A stretch of DNA of 63,731 nucleotides, the filler included. It is 18 parts of 18 records of this genome, joined end to end, with 100 filler letters (N's around TTAATTAATTAA, not from the genome) between each part and the next. Parts side by side here need not be neighbours in the genome. Positions count along the whole stretch, not along the records: positions 47,428 to 50,263 come from SRR11831580_1708; positions 50,364 to 54,657 come from SRR11831580_1719; positions 54,758 to 56,906 come from SRR11831580_1758; positions 57,007 to 60,343 come from SRR11831580_1768; 14 more parts are not named here. One strand, 5' to 3'. The notes under the pieces were generated by a model that saw only the letters and a list, made by a program, of their open reading frames with translations, did no database searches and was not told the origin of the DNA. Within the stretch, counting starts at the first letter, position 1, and each line of letters starts with the position of its first letter. The translations under genes and the position numbers were made by a program. Below are positions 48,211-59,710 of this stretch, in pieces.

Positions 48211-48812
48211 CGCAGGATTTAACGCAATTTCTCGCCAGCTTGCCGGAAGATGATCGCATCAAAGCGATTAATGAAATCCGCATGGCGATCCATCAGGTTA
48301 GCCCCTTTCGTGAAGAGCCAGTGGATTGCGTTCTGTGGGTTAAAAACAGCCAACTTATGCCTAATGATTACAACCCAAACAACGTGGCACCACCCGAAAA
48401 AAAACTGCTGCAAAAATCCATTGAAATAGATGGTTTTACCCAACCCATTGTGGTCACACATACGGATAAAAATGCCATGGAAATCGTGGATGGTTTTCAC
48501 CGCCATGAAATTGGTAAAGGCTCATCATCATTAAAATTACGCTTAAAAGGTTATTTGCCGGTGACCTGTCTGGAAGGTACGCGTAATCAACGCATCGCCG
48601 CGACTATTCGTCATAATCGCGCTCGTGGACGCCATCAAATCACCGCCATGTCGGAAATCGTCCGTGAACTTAGCCAGTTGGGATGGGACGATAATAAAAT
48701 TGGCAAAGAGCTGGGAATGGACAGCGACGAAGTGCTGCGCCTGAAGCAAATTAACGGCCTGCAAGAGTTGTTTGCCGACCGTCAATATTCCCGCGCCTGG
48801 ACGGTTAAATAG
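48183..48812 (+). CDS. ybdM: ParB/Srx-like protein (IbrB-like)
   Basis: 209 aa, NDYNPN, IVDGFHR, TIRHNRARG. Confidence 0.93.
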   Translation: MGDTMQQRLTQDLTQFLASLPEDDRIKAINEIRMAIHQVSPFREEPVDCVLWVKNSQLMPNDYNPNNVAPPEKKLLQKSIEIDGFTQPIVVTHTDKNAMEIVDGFHRHEIGKGSSSLKLRLKGYLPVTCLEGTRNQRIAATIRHNRARGRHQITAMSEIVRELSQLGWDDNKIGKELGMDSDEVLRLKQINGLQELFADRQYSRAWTVK

Positions 48813-49972
48813 CTAAAGCTGGCGCAGGCGTTCAGCTGCTGCCAGCAACGTCGATTCCTTCTTGGCAAAACAGAGACGAATCAGTTTATGTGGGAAGGGA
48901 TCGGCGCAAAACACCGACAGCGGAATCGCCGCTACGCCGTGCTCCTGCGTCAGCCACTGGCAAAACTCAACATCATCCAGGGTAGAAACCGCGCTGTAAT
49001 CCACCAGCAAAAAGTATGTACCTTCACACGGTAAAATCTCCAGCCGGCTTTCATTTAAAGCATTCACCAGAATATCGCGCTTCTGGCGATAAAAGTCCGG
49101 TAACGCAAGATAATGCTCAGGTTCTGCACGTAGCATATCAGCAAGCGCCAGCTGTGCCGGGGTATTCACCGAAAAGGTCAGATACTGATGTACCTTGCGA
49201 ATTTCGGCGCTGATGGGCGCTGGCGCAACACAATAACCCACTTTCCAGCCGGTCATATGATAGGTCTTGCCAAATGAAGAAACCGCCACTGCCCGCTCAC
49301 GCAGCTGCGGATGCGCCAGCACACTGGCATGGCCCTGTTGTGAAAAGTTGATGTGCTCGTAGACTTCATCGCTAATGACAAAAATCTCGTGCCCGGCGAT
49401 CGCCTGCCACAAAGCGGCGAAATCAGCCTGCTGCCAGACAGTTGCACTGGGGTTATGCGGAGTGTTGAGGATCACCAGTCTGGTGCGCTCGCTTAATAAT
49501 GCGGCAAATTCCTGCCAGTCAACGCGAAAATGCGGTGGTTGCAGTGCCATACGCTTCACTATTCCCCCAGAAAGCGCGATGGCGGGGCGTAACTGTCATA
49601 GCTGGGATCAAAACAAATCACTTCATCGCCATTGCGCACCAGTGCGGTAATCGCCGCGTATAACGCTTCCGTCGCCCCTGCCGTTACGGTGATATCGCTA
49701 TCGGCATCTGGTTGATAGCCATACAAACGTTCCGTTTTCTGAGCAATCGCCTCGCGCAAGGCCTGCACGCCGGTCATGGGCGCGTATTGGTTTGCCCCCT
49801 GTGCAACGTGGTGCGCCAGCCGCTCCTGTAAATAGCGCGGACCATCAAAATCAGGAAAGCCTTGCGACAGGTTAATCGCCTGGTGTTGCTGCGCCAGCGC
49901 GCTCATCTGGGTGAAAATAGTGGTGCCAAGTTGTGGAAGTTTGCTTTGTGGAATCAGAGGGTTATTTGTCAT
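48813..49972 (-). CDS. ybdL: Methionine aminotransferase (1-base deletion near 49585)
   Basis: INLSQGFPDF, NTPHNPS, DEVYEH, SFGKTYHMTGWKVG. Confidence 0.94.
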
Positions 49973-50080
49973 TTTTATTGTACCTGACGAAGTTGCGTGT
50001 TGAAGGCACTATAACACGATGCTAGTATTTGGCAATCAAGACGTTTAGATGTCTAAATAAAACAATAAGGACAACACAAC

Positions 50081-50263
50081 ATGCCTCACAATCCTATCCG
50101 CGTGGTCGTCGGCCCGGCTAACTACTTTTCACATCCAGGAAGTTTCAATCACCTGCACGATTTTTTCACTGATGAACAACTTTCTCGCGCGGTGTGGATC
50201 TACGGCAAACGCGCCATTGCTGCGGCGCAAACCAAACTTCCGCCAGCGTTTGGACTGCCAGGG
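50081..50263 (+). CDS. hcxA: Hydroxycarboxylate dehydrogenase A (ybdH), 5' part
   Basis: MPHNPIRVVVGPANYFSH; divergent from ybdL. Confidence 0.88.
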
Positions 50264-50422
50264 NNNNNNNNNNNNNNNNNNNNNNNNNNNNNNNNNNNNN
50301 NNNNNNNTTAATTAATTAANNNNNNNNNNNNNNNNNNNNNNNNNNNNNNNNNNNNNNNNNNNNCATTGTTTAATTTTCTTCGGGGCGCAATTGCGCCCCC
50401 TCGCATTCGCAGGAATAACGTA

Positions 50423-52078
50423 ATGACTCATCTTCCCCACTGGTGGCAAAACGGCGTTATCTACCAGATTTATCCAAAGAGTTTTCAGGACACCACGGGT
50501 AGCGGTACCGGCGATTTACGTGGCGTTATCCAACACCTGGACTATCTGCATAAACTGGGCGTTGATGCCATCTGGCTAACCCCCTTTTATGTCTCTCCCC
50601 AGGTCGATAACGGTTACGACGTAGCGAACTATACGGCGATTGATCCCACCTACGGCACGCTGGACGATTTTGACGAACTGGTGACGCAGGCAAAATCGCG
50701 CGGGATTCGTATCATTCTCGATATGGTGTTTAACCATACCTCTACCCAACATGCCTGGTTTCGCGAGGCGCTGAACAAAGAAAGCCCTTACCGCCAGTTT
50801 TATATCTGGCGCGATGGAGAACCAGAAACGCCACCGAACAACTGGCGTTCAAAATTTGGCGGTAGTGCGTGGCGCTGGCATGCGGAAAGCGAACAGTACT
50901 ATTTGCATCTCTTTGCACCAGAACAGGCGGATCTCAACTGGGAGAATCCAGCGGTACGCGCAGAGCTGAAAAAAGTCTGTGAGTTCTGGGCCGATCGTGG
51001 GGTCGACGGGTTGCGCCTGGATGTGGTGAATCTGATCTCCAAAGACCCGCGTTTCCCTGAAGACCTGGACGGCGACGGGCGTCGCTTCTACACCGACGGG
51101 CCACGAGCACACGAGTTTTTGCACGAGATGAACCGCGATGTGTTTACGCCACGCGGGTTAATGACCGTAGGTGAAATGTCCTCCACCAGCCTTGAGCATT
51201 GCCAGCGATACGCGGCTCTGACAGGCAGTGAATTGTCGATGACCTTTAATTTTCATCACCTGAAGGTCGATTATCCCGGTGGTGAAAAATGGACGCTGGC
51301 TAAACCTGACTTTGTGGCGTTGAAAACATTGTTCCGCCACTGGCAACAAGGAATGCACAACGTAGCATGGAATGCCTTGTTCTGGTGTAACCACGATCAG
51401 CCGCGCATTGTTTCTCGCTTTGGTGATGAAGGTGAATACCGCGTGCCTGCGGCAAAAATGCTGGCGATGGTGCTGCATGGCATGCAGGGAACGCCGTATA
51501 TCTACCAGGGCGAAGAGATTGGCATGACCAACCCGCATTTCACGCGCATTACTGACTATCGCGACGTAGAGAGCCTCAATATGTTTGCCGAGCTGCGCAA
51601 CGATGGGCGTGATGCCGACGAGTTATTGGCAATCCTCGCCAGTAAATCCCGTGACAACAGTCGCACGCCCATGCAATGGAGCAACGGCGATAATGCCGGG
51701 TTTACGGCTGGCGAACCGTGGATTGGCCTGGGCGATAACTATCAACAAATCAACGTAGAAGCCGCGCTGGCCGATGATTCCTCGGTGTTTTACACCTACC
51801 AAAAGTTAATCGCACTGCGTAAGCAGGAAGCCATCCTGACATGGGGCAATTACCAGGATCTGCTGCCAAACAGCCCTGTATTGTGGTGCTATCGCCGTGA
51901 ATGGAAGGGGCAAACCTTGCTGGTCATTGCCAACCTTAGCCGTGAGATCCAACCCTGGCAGGCAGGGCAAATGCGCGGCAACTGGCAGCTTGTGATGCAT
52001 AACTACGAAGAAGCCTCACCACAACCCTGTGCCATGAATTTACGGCCTTTTGAGGCTGTCTGGTGGTTACAGAAGTAA
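50423..52078 (+). CDS. treC: Trehalose-6-phosphate hydrolase (GH13)
   Basis: ATG 50423 MTHLPHWWQNGVIYQIYPKSF; GLRLDVVN, NHDQPR. Confidence 0.97.
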   Translation: MTHLPHWWQNGVIYQIYPKSFQDTTGSGTGDLRGVIQHLDYLHKLGVDAIWLTPFYVSPQVDNGYDVANYTAIDPTYGTLDDFDELVTQAKSRGIRIILDMVFNHTSTQHAWFREALNKESPYRQFYIWRDGEPETPPNNWRSKFGGSAWRWHAESEQYYLHLFAPEQADLNWENPAVRAELKKVCEFWADRGVDGLRLDVVNLISKDPRFPEDLDGDGRRFYTDGPRAHEFLHEMNRDVFTPRGLMTVGEMSSTSLEHCQRYAALTGSELSMTFNFHHLKVDYPGGEKWTLAKPDFVALKTLFRHWQQGMHNVAWNALFWCNHDQPRIVSRFGDEGEYRVPAAKMLAMVLHGMQGTPYIYQGEEIGMTNPHFTRITDYRDVESLNMFAELRNDGRDADELLAILASKSRDNSRTPMQWSNGDNAGFTAGEPWIGLGDNYQQINVEAALADDSSVFYTYQKLIALRKQEAILTWGNYQDLLPNSPVLWCYRREWKGQTLLVIANLSREIQPWQAGQMRGNWQLVMHNYEEASPQPCAMNLRPFEAVWWLQK

Positions 52079-52089
52079 ATCTTCCCTAA

Positions 52090-52120
52090 GCCCCGGTAAT
52101 GCCGGTCATTCCGGGGTTTT
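52090..52120 (+). terminator. Intrinsic terminator after treC
   Basis: CCCCGG...CCGGGG stem followed by TTTT. Confidence 0.7.
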
Positions 52121-52221
52121 GTCTGTCAGTATGTTGTTTTGTTGATTTTTCAACCAGCAAATTCATTAAAAAATTTACATATCGCTGTAGCGCCCGTCAT
52201 CCGTACGCTCTGCTTTTTACT

Positions 52222-52309
52222 TTGAGCTACATCAAAAAAAGCTCAAACATCCTTGATGCAAAGCACTATATATAGACTTTAAAATGCGTCCCAACCCAAT
52301 ATGTTGTAT
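52222..52309 (+). promoter_or_regulatory. nrdD promoter: FNR-like site and two NrdR-like boxes
   Basis: TTGAG-CTAC-ATCAA (52222-52235); GCACTATATATAGACT (52263-52278); ACCCAATATGTTGTAT (52294-52309). Confidence 0.7.
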
Positions 52310-52358
52310 TAATCGACTATAATTGCTACTACAGCTCCCCACGAAAAAGGTGCGGCGT

Positions 52359-52444
52359 TGTGGATAAGCGGATGGCGATTGCGGAAAGCACCGGAAAACG
52401 AAACGAAAAAACCGGAAAACGCCTTTCCCAATTTCTGTGGATAA
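52359..52444. promoter_or_regulatory. Two DnaA-box matches in the nrdD leader
   Basis: TGTGGATAA at 52359-52367 and 52436-52444. Confidence 0.55.
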
Positions 52445-52470
52445 CCTGTTCTTAAAAATATGGAGCGATC

Positions 52471-54609
52471 ATGACACCGCATGTGATGAAACGAGACGGC
52501 TGCAAAGTGCCGTTTAAATCAGAGCGCATCAAAGAAGCGATTCTGCGTGCAGCTAAAGCAGCGGAAGTCGATGATGCCGATTATTGCGCCACTGTTGCCG
52601 CGGTTGTCAGCGAGCAGATGCAGGGCCGCAACCAGGTGGATATCAATGAGATCCAGACCGCAGTTGAAAATCAGCTGATGTCAGGTCCATACAAACAACT
52701 GGCTCGTGCTTACATCGAGTACCGTCACGATCGCGACATTGAACGTGAAAAACGCGGTCGCCTGAACCAGGAGATCCGTGGTCTGGTCGAGCAGACCAAC
52801 GCCTCGTTACTCAACGAAAACGCCAACAAAGACAGCAAGGTGATTCCAACCCAGCGCGACCTGCTGGCCGGGATCGTGGCTAAACACTATGCACGTCAGC
52901 ACCTGCTGCCGCGTGACGTGGTGCAGGCACATGAGCGTGGCGATATTCACTATCACGATCTCGATTACTCACCGTTCTTCCCGATGTTCAACTGCATGTT
53001 GATCGACCTGAAAGGCATGCTGACCCAGGGCTTTAAAATGGGGAACGCCGAGATTGAACCGCCGAAGTCGATCTCTACGGCAACCGCGGTAACTGCGCAG
53101 ATTATTGCTCAGGTTGCCAGCCATATTTATGGCGGCACCACCATTAACCGTATCGATGAAGTGCTGGCACCGTTTGTCACTGCCAGCTACAACAAACATC
53201 GCAAGACCGCAGAAGAGTGGAACATCCCGGACGCCGAAGGCTACGCTAACTCTCGAACCATCAAAGAGTGCTACGATGCCTTCCAGTCACTGGAGTACGA
53301 AGTAAACACCCTGCACACCGCCAACGGTCAGACGCCGTTTGTAACCTTTGGTTTTGGCCTGGGCACCAGCTGGGAATCGCGCCTGATTCAGGAATCGATC
53401 CTGCGTAACCGTATCGCAGGCCTCGGTAAAAACCGTAAAACTGCGGTGTTCCCGAAACTGGTGTTTGCGATTCGCGATGGCCTGAACCATAAAAAAGGCG
53501 ATCCGAACTACGACATCAAACAGCTGGCGCTGGAGTGCGCAAGCAAGCGCATGTATCCGGATATCCTGAACTACGATCAGGTAGTGAAAGTCACCGGTTC
53601 GTTTAAAACTCCGATGGGCTGCCGCAGCTTCCTCGGCGTGTGGGAAAATGAAAACGGCGAGCAGATCCACGATGGTCGTAACAACCTCGGCGTGATCAGC
53701 CTGAACCTGCCGCGTATTGCTCTGGAAGCAAAAGGCGATGAAGCCACCTTCTGGAAGCTGCTGGATGAACGTCTGGTGCTGGCACGTAAGGCGCTGATGA
53801 CCCGTATCGCTCGTCTCGAAGGCGTGAAAGCGCGCGTGGCCCCGATCCTCTATATGGAAGGTGCTTGTGGCGTGCGTCTCAATGCTGACGATGATGTTTC
53901 TGAAATCTTCAAAAACGGTCGTGCGTCTATTTCGCTGGGTTACATCGGCATCCACGAAACCATTAACGCGCTGTTCGGCGGCGAGCATGTTTACGACAAC
54001 GAGCAGCTTCGCGCGAAAGGTATCGCCATTGTTGAACGTCTGCGTCAGGCAGTGGATCAGTGGAAAGAAGAAACGGGTTATGGTTTCAGTCTCTACAGCA
54101 CGCCGAGTGAAAACCTGTGCGATCGCTTCTGCCGTCTCGATACTGCTGAGTTTGGCGTGGTGCCGGGCGTGACCGATAAAGGTTACTACACCAACAGTTT
54201 CCACCTCGATGTGGAGAAGAAGGTGAACCCGTACGACAAGATCGACTTTGAAGCGCCTTACCCGCCGCTGGCGAACGGTGGTTTCATTTGCTACGGCGAG
54301 TATCCAAACATTCAGCACAACCTGAAGGCGCTGGAAGATGTCTGGGATTACAGCTATCAGCATGTACCGTATTACGGCACCAATACACCGATTGATGAGT
54401 GCTACGAGTGTGGCTTTACCGGTGAGTTCGAGTGCACCAGCAAAGGCTTCACTTGCCCGAAATGTGGTAACCATGACGCCTCCCGTGTGTCGGTAACTCG
54501 CCGCGTGTGCGGATATTTAGGTAGCCCGGATGCACGTCCGTTTAACGCTGGTAAGCAGGAAGAAGTTAAGCGCCGCGTTAAACATTTGGGGAATGGGCAG
54601 ATAGGTTAA
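52471..54609 (+). CDS. nrdD: Anaerobic class III ribonucleotide reductase
   Basis: 712 aa, ATP cone, MGCRSF, two CxxC pairs, RVCGYL glycyl-radical motif. Confidence 0.98.
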   Translation: MTPHVMKRDGCKVPFKSERIKEAILRAAKAAEVDDADYCATVAAVVSEQMQGRNQVDINEIQTAVENQLMSGPYKQLARAYIEYRHDRDIEREKRGRLNQEIRGLVEQTNASLLNENANKDSKVIPTQRDLLAGIVAKHYARQHLLPRDVVQAHERGDIHYHDLDYSPFFPMFNCMLIDLKGMLTQGFKMGNAEIEPPKSISTATAVTAQIIAQVASHIYGGTTINRIDEVLAPFVTASYNKHRKTAEEWNIPDAEGYANSRTIKECYDAFQSLEYEVNTLHTANGQTPFVTFGFGLGTSWESRLIQESILRNRIAGLGKNRKTAVFPKLVFAIRDGLNHKKGDPNYDIKQLALECASKRMYPDILNYDQVVKVTGSFKTPMGCRSFLGVWENENGEQIHDGRNNLGVISLNLPRIALEAKGDEATFWKLLDERLVLARKALMTRIARLEGVKARVAPILYMEGACGVRLNADDDVSEIFKNGRASISLGYIGIHETINALFGGEHVYDNEQLRAKGIAIVERLRQAVDQWKEETGYGFSLYSTPSENLCDRFCRLDTAEFGVVPGVTDKGYYTNSFHLDVEKKVNPYDKIDFEAPYPPLANGGFICYGEYPNIQHNLKALEDVWDYSYQHVPYYGTNTPIDECYECGFTGEFECTSKGFTCPKCGNHDASRVSVTRRVCGYLGSPDARPFNAGKQEEVKRRVKHLGNGQIG

Positions 54610-54631
54610 TCTTCACTCTGAGCTAAGCAAA

Positions 54632-54657
54632 TGCCGGATGCGGCGTAAACGCCTTAT
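54632..54657. repeat. REP element (partial) at contig end
   Basis: TGCCGGATGCGGCGTAAACGCCTTAT. Confidence 0.9.
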
Positions 54658-54832
54658 NNNNNNNNNNNNNNNNNNNNNNNNNNNNNNNNNNNNNNNNNNN
54701 NTTAATTAATTAANNNNNNNNNNNNNNNNNNNNNNNNNNNNNNNNNNNNNNNNNNNNCAAACCGCGCACACACAATACGCAGCGTCACTAGCGGCCATAA
54801 CCCACTAAAACACGCACACACGATACACAGCG

Positions 54833-56286
54833 TTACGGATGCCATGCCCCCGCCTGCTGAGCGTGCCCCCTCCCGCAGAAATCATGCATACGTCCTGAGG
54901 ACTCGACAAAGACGGGGTTCTGACACCCACTGAGTTTGCAGCGGGGGAGCGAGCCGCCCTGCATGGTAGGGGGACCCGTACTTGCTGCAGAAACGCATTG
55001 GAAAAACAAGAGACGCGAGAGAGAGAAAGCGCGCGCGCGAAAGAGAACGGGGGAAATGCGAATGCAAACTCACGCACAGAAAAGCAGACAGTAAGGACAA
55101 CGGTCGCAGCAGAGTCGAAGACAAACCTGTGCAAGACCACAAGCGCAGACGTGCACACACGCCCACACGTGTGTAAACATACAAAAAATACGTATACATC
55201 ATAAACGTGAACAGGGATGGCGCATACAGGCAGAAGGAGCGGAGTGACCGTCCTGCGCATGCAGCAGAGCATGCTCACGGGAACAGCATTCAAAGGTGCG
55301 GCCTGTACGCTGGTCACGCGCTTTGGGACGGCGACAGTCTCGGTATGCACACACTAGAGACACCGATGAGACGCAGCACAAACCAAGCCACATGCACCGC
55401 GCAGTGAGATAAGACCGCCCCAACGTACTTGTTGCAGCACCTGCGATTCCCGCGATTGCGATCTGCACGCCAAGTTCCAGGGACAGTTGCGCCACCTCCT
55501 CCGGACGAAGAGCTTCTTGCTTGTGCTTCGTGCGCTCGTGAGAGCACTTGCACACAGTCGCACGCGAATCTACACTCAGAAAACGTCAGCCACATGCAGA
55601 TCCCCAGGACACGCCCGTGCTCCCAAGCGGAGAACCAAGTGCATACTGACACAGTGCTGGGAGCAACGATACATTGCGGTCCACACCACACCGTACACGA
55701 CCCACTCCCACAAACTGCACCGTCCCGACCACGCACCACCGGACCACCCCAGACACGGACAGCCTCGCACGATGCAGGGCCCCTGCGCAGGAACGTAATC
55801 TGGTTTCGAGGGCAGCGGGACTGTGGTGTTTGACTGCAGCGGTGTGTAGGTGTACTTGGCAGGCACGGGAGCGGGGTACGACGTAGGCGGGGGCTGTGAG
55901 TACTGCTGTGCATGTGTGAAGGGCAACGGGGGCGCTTGCAGGGGCGGTGCTGTCTGTTGTTGTTGCGGGTAATTGTACTGTTGTGGAGGAGCTTGTGGGT
56001 ATGAGGGTGCAAATTGAGGGGGGTATGTGGTCCCCGATGAGGGAGGACTCGGGTAGACCGGCTGTGCGTACGGAGCCCCGTATGGTTGCTGAGACGATTG
56101 TGGAAAGGAAGGCTGGGGATAAGGTTGTTGGTACGGAGTGGGATTAGGTTGCTGATATGAGGGTTGAGGATAGGGACTCGGGTTGGGGATATTGTGCACT
56201 GTGGCAGCATGTCCGCATCGACACGTATCGTAATGGGCCAAAACGACGCCGAAACACGCACATTGACTACATCGATTGTTCATCAT
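54833..56286 (-). CDS. Eukaryotic ~322-aa Pro/Tyr/Gln-rich protein with four Cys/His clusters
   Basis: Exons 56286-55737, 55569-55429, 55353-55228, 54984-54833 join in phase (969 nt) and end HAQQAGAWHP*. Confidence 0.75.
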
Positions 56287-57006
56287 CGCGGTGATTCGGA
56301 TGGCAAATGGTTATGAATCGGAATATTATGTCGGACTGTACAGGTGCGCGGAGTACACAGCAAAGTGAAAGTTTTGAGGAGGAAACAGAAAAGCCAACAT
56401 AAGCTTGTCAGTGACTCCTCGCTCTCGGCAACGACGCTCGGAAATTTCTGATGACACATGCTTTCGATAATCTACGTCGCTGCTGGTTTGCACTGCTGCA
56501 TCATGGTATTAGGTTCGTGTGTGCTTGAGGGATGGAGAGCTACTCCGAGTGGGGAACAAACAGAGACGCGGACGCTCTCACGTATTTACTTGAAATTAAG
56601 CGCACTATATAATCATCAATAAAATAAAACCACGGTTCTCCGCGACAAACTCACTCATCACTCCACTCGGAACGAACACACGTTCGCCCGAGCACTAACA
56701 CATCTTAGCCCGACCCTTCTTTCACACAAAGGCCCAGCACTATTTCCCACCACCCACCCAATCCCAACAATCTAACAGTTCCGATCACTTGAAGGCACCA
56801 CACGAAACGCAGACACAGCGGTACTAGTGTGTGGTACACAGGCACCGCCGATGCCCAGGCTCGCCCTGCAGTTGCGACGCTGCAGACTCAGTTGGCGAAC
56901 GATAACNNNNNNNNNNNNNNNNNNNNNNNNNNNNNNNNNNNNNNNNNNNNTTAATTAATTAANNNNNNNNNNNNNNNNNNNNNNNNNNNNNNNNNNNNNN
57001 NNNNNN

Positions 57007-59710
57007 GACTAGCACCGTTCTTCGTTTGTATGGGTGCACATGTGTTTCTCGAGCATCTGTTGTCGTGTGCAAATCCCCCCTGCCCCCATATGCGTTCTCA
57101 CTCCGCCTCTCTGTGCGTGCAGTGTCGTACCGTCTTTCGCTTCTTGCGTTCCACAATCATGACTCCATGCTGGTTTCGGAGGGAGAGGGTGACGGGCGTG
57201 TTGTGTTCTGGGACGTATCGCTTATGGTGTCCGCGTACTGGGCTGCCAAGGACGACGAGGTGTGTATATGGGGGTAGCGTACTACACCGTCGTGTGGTGG
57301 TGGTGGTGTAGTGGTTGGGGTAGCTTCGTATCCGCGAGTGTGTGTGAGGATGCGGCTTTGTTGATGTGCCGTGGTGTTTTATTCCGCCCTGTACATTCTC
57401 GGTTTATGTACGTCACGCACTTGACTCATCCATTATGTATCTGGGTTTGTGGTTACGTGTGCGTATGTGTGTATGCGTGCAGAGTATTGCCGATGCCGCA
57501 TCGTCCGCCTTCATCACACAAGAGTCCAGCCGTCCCTTCGGTAGTGTCCTCAGGCGTCCCTTCCCAACCGCCGGCCCTCGACCGTTCCCTACCGTCGGAA
57601 CCGTCGGAACGGTAGACAGCTCATTCTCCCGTCCGTTCGATAGCGTTGAACTGATTCCACCGGCGGGTGCGCCTGTGTGGGGCGGGCCCAAGCCTCAACC
57701 CTCTATGATTATGCACGATCCGAGGGCTGTGTTCCCTTCTGTGGTGGAGACACGCCATTACAAGCACCAGCTGGTGACGATCGATAACGGGAAGACGTTC
57801 GCGACGCAGGACTTTAATGTGTCTCTGACGGGGTCTATATCGATGTATGTACTACGGCTCGGTGTGGGTGATAATGGTTGTGTCTGGCGTCCATCTTGTA
57901 TGATGTACGCTCTCTGTGCGTGTCTGTCTCTTCGTTCTCTTCCTATACATCTTACTGTCTGTCTTTCTCCTCCCACCACGGTTTCTTCGTTCTACCTCCT
58001 ATCTCTCTATCACTTACTTACTGCGTGTGTACCCTCCTTACTAGGATCAAAGTGCTTGACAGTCCCCCGTGTGCTGTGCTCGGCACCGCAGAGGGGCATG
58101 TCGCCATCTATGATTTTGAGGGGCAGCTTTATGGCACACTCTCTCAGAACGAGAGTGCGAAATGGTCCTTCCCGTTTAGTGTGCTGGAGGCGGCAGAGCA
58201 CAAGCTCATGGCCTCGAAGAAGGTACTGTGCGTGGTGGGTGGGCTGACTTACTTGTTGGCGTCTTTGCCGTTGATGTTGTTGTGGTGATGATGATGATGG
58301 TGACGTGGTCGGTGTTACGTGGGGCTGGTATGTTACACACGGTTAGCAGCTTCGTGCACCGAAGGATGTTCTGTCCGATACGTGTGGTATATGTATGTGT
58401 GTGTTCTTATCACGATCGCTAACCTTGACGACTACTAATCATCATTCTTTCTGTTTTGTTTGTCTCTCTGTCTCTTTGTGTGGGACCGCAGTTACTGGAA
58501 GAAGGTGTTCCCACTGCTGCCCTGCTCTCCATCTCTCCCAGTGCATCGGACGCCTCGCTCAAGTTTGCGGTGCCGCCCCGACGAAGAACACGCGAAGAGT
58601 ACGTAACACTGTGCGCTCGTAAACCGCACGCTGCAACTCGAGGACGTGTTAGTTACGCGTGTATGTGTTTGATTCTGTGCCTGTGTTGTTTGCCTGGTGC
58701 TGGTTGATGATGTTGACATTGAATTCTGTTTCGTGTGGTATGTTGTGCGTTGCAGAGAGACAGACCCTGTGTTGCGTTGTCTTCTGCCCCCGTCAATGGA
58801 GGAGCGCGCAGCCCAACCACATATGAAGAAAGGTACGGTACTTGGTTGCTGTCGTTCATGTTTCAGTGAGTGTATTCTGTTCGTGTTGCAGGTCCGTGTT
58901 TGCATTTGACTGTACGTGTCTGCGAGCTGTTTCAAGCGCGTATCTTCATTGAATTCTGCGTGCTCGCATCCTCTAAGTATGATGTGCAGACAAGCCAAAG
59001 ATTACTACGTTCAGCCGTTCGCCAGTGAAGCGAAATGTACAAAAGCAGGCGCAGTCAATTCTGGAACGGGTATGTGCGTATGCGCGCAATGGCGTGCGCA
59101 GGAACTGTCTGTTGTGTTTTGTCTTACATGGTCTGCCGTGCTGTACTTCTCACTGTATGTGCATGTTGGTGGCTCACCGTCGTATCTTGTTGCGTTGCAG
59201 ATCGAAACGGAAGCCGTGCTCAAATCAGGCAACGCCGGGAACACCGACGCGGAGATCGAGCTCATGAAGGGATTTCTGCAGCGCGATATCATGCACCGAA
59301 GAGCTGCCTCCTCGCTGGGTCGTCCTCTCAAGGGCACGTTCTTCTCTCCGACCTCCAGCTCCTACATGACCGACCACAGCTCCCCGAGCCCCACCGACGA
59401 ACGCTCTCTCACACCCATCCCGAGTTCGGATGGGCTGCTGCGAGCACCGCAGGCCCGGGACCACTCACGTTCGCACAGGCGGGTGTCTGTGGTGCGTGCG
59501 TTCAGTAGCACGAGGCGCGAATCGCTGTTTCCTGTGAACGATTCGAGAAGGTCCAGTGCCTCTTGGGGCGTGAACAGCTCGCCGTCGGGGTCGAACGATC
59601 GATTAGGCGGCGTTTCGAGCGATGACGATAACAATGACCGGACGGCCAGTCGTAAGCGTCTGCCGCTGATTAAGAAGTTGACGAGGCAAGTCGCATCGCT
59701 CAAGTATTAA
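57007..59710 (+). CDS. Eukaryotic multi-exon WD40-like protein, 3' part with Ser-rich tail
   Basis: MLVSEGEGDGRVVFWDV and AVLGTAEGHVAIYDFEGQLYGTL blade-like segments; GT-AG introns; final exon ends VASLKY*. Confidence 0.6.
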
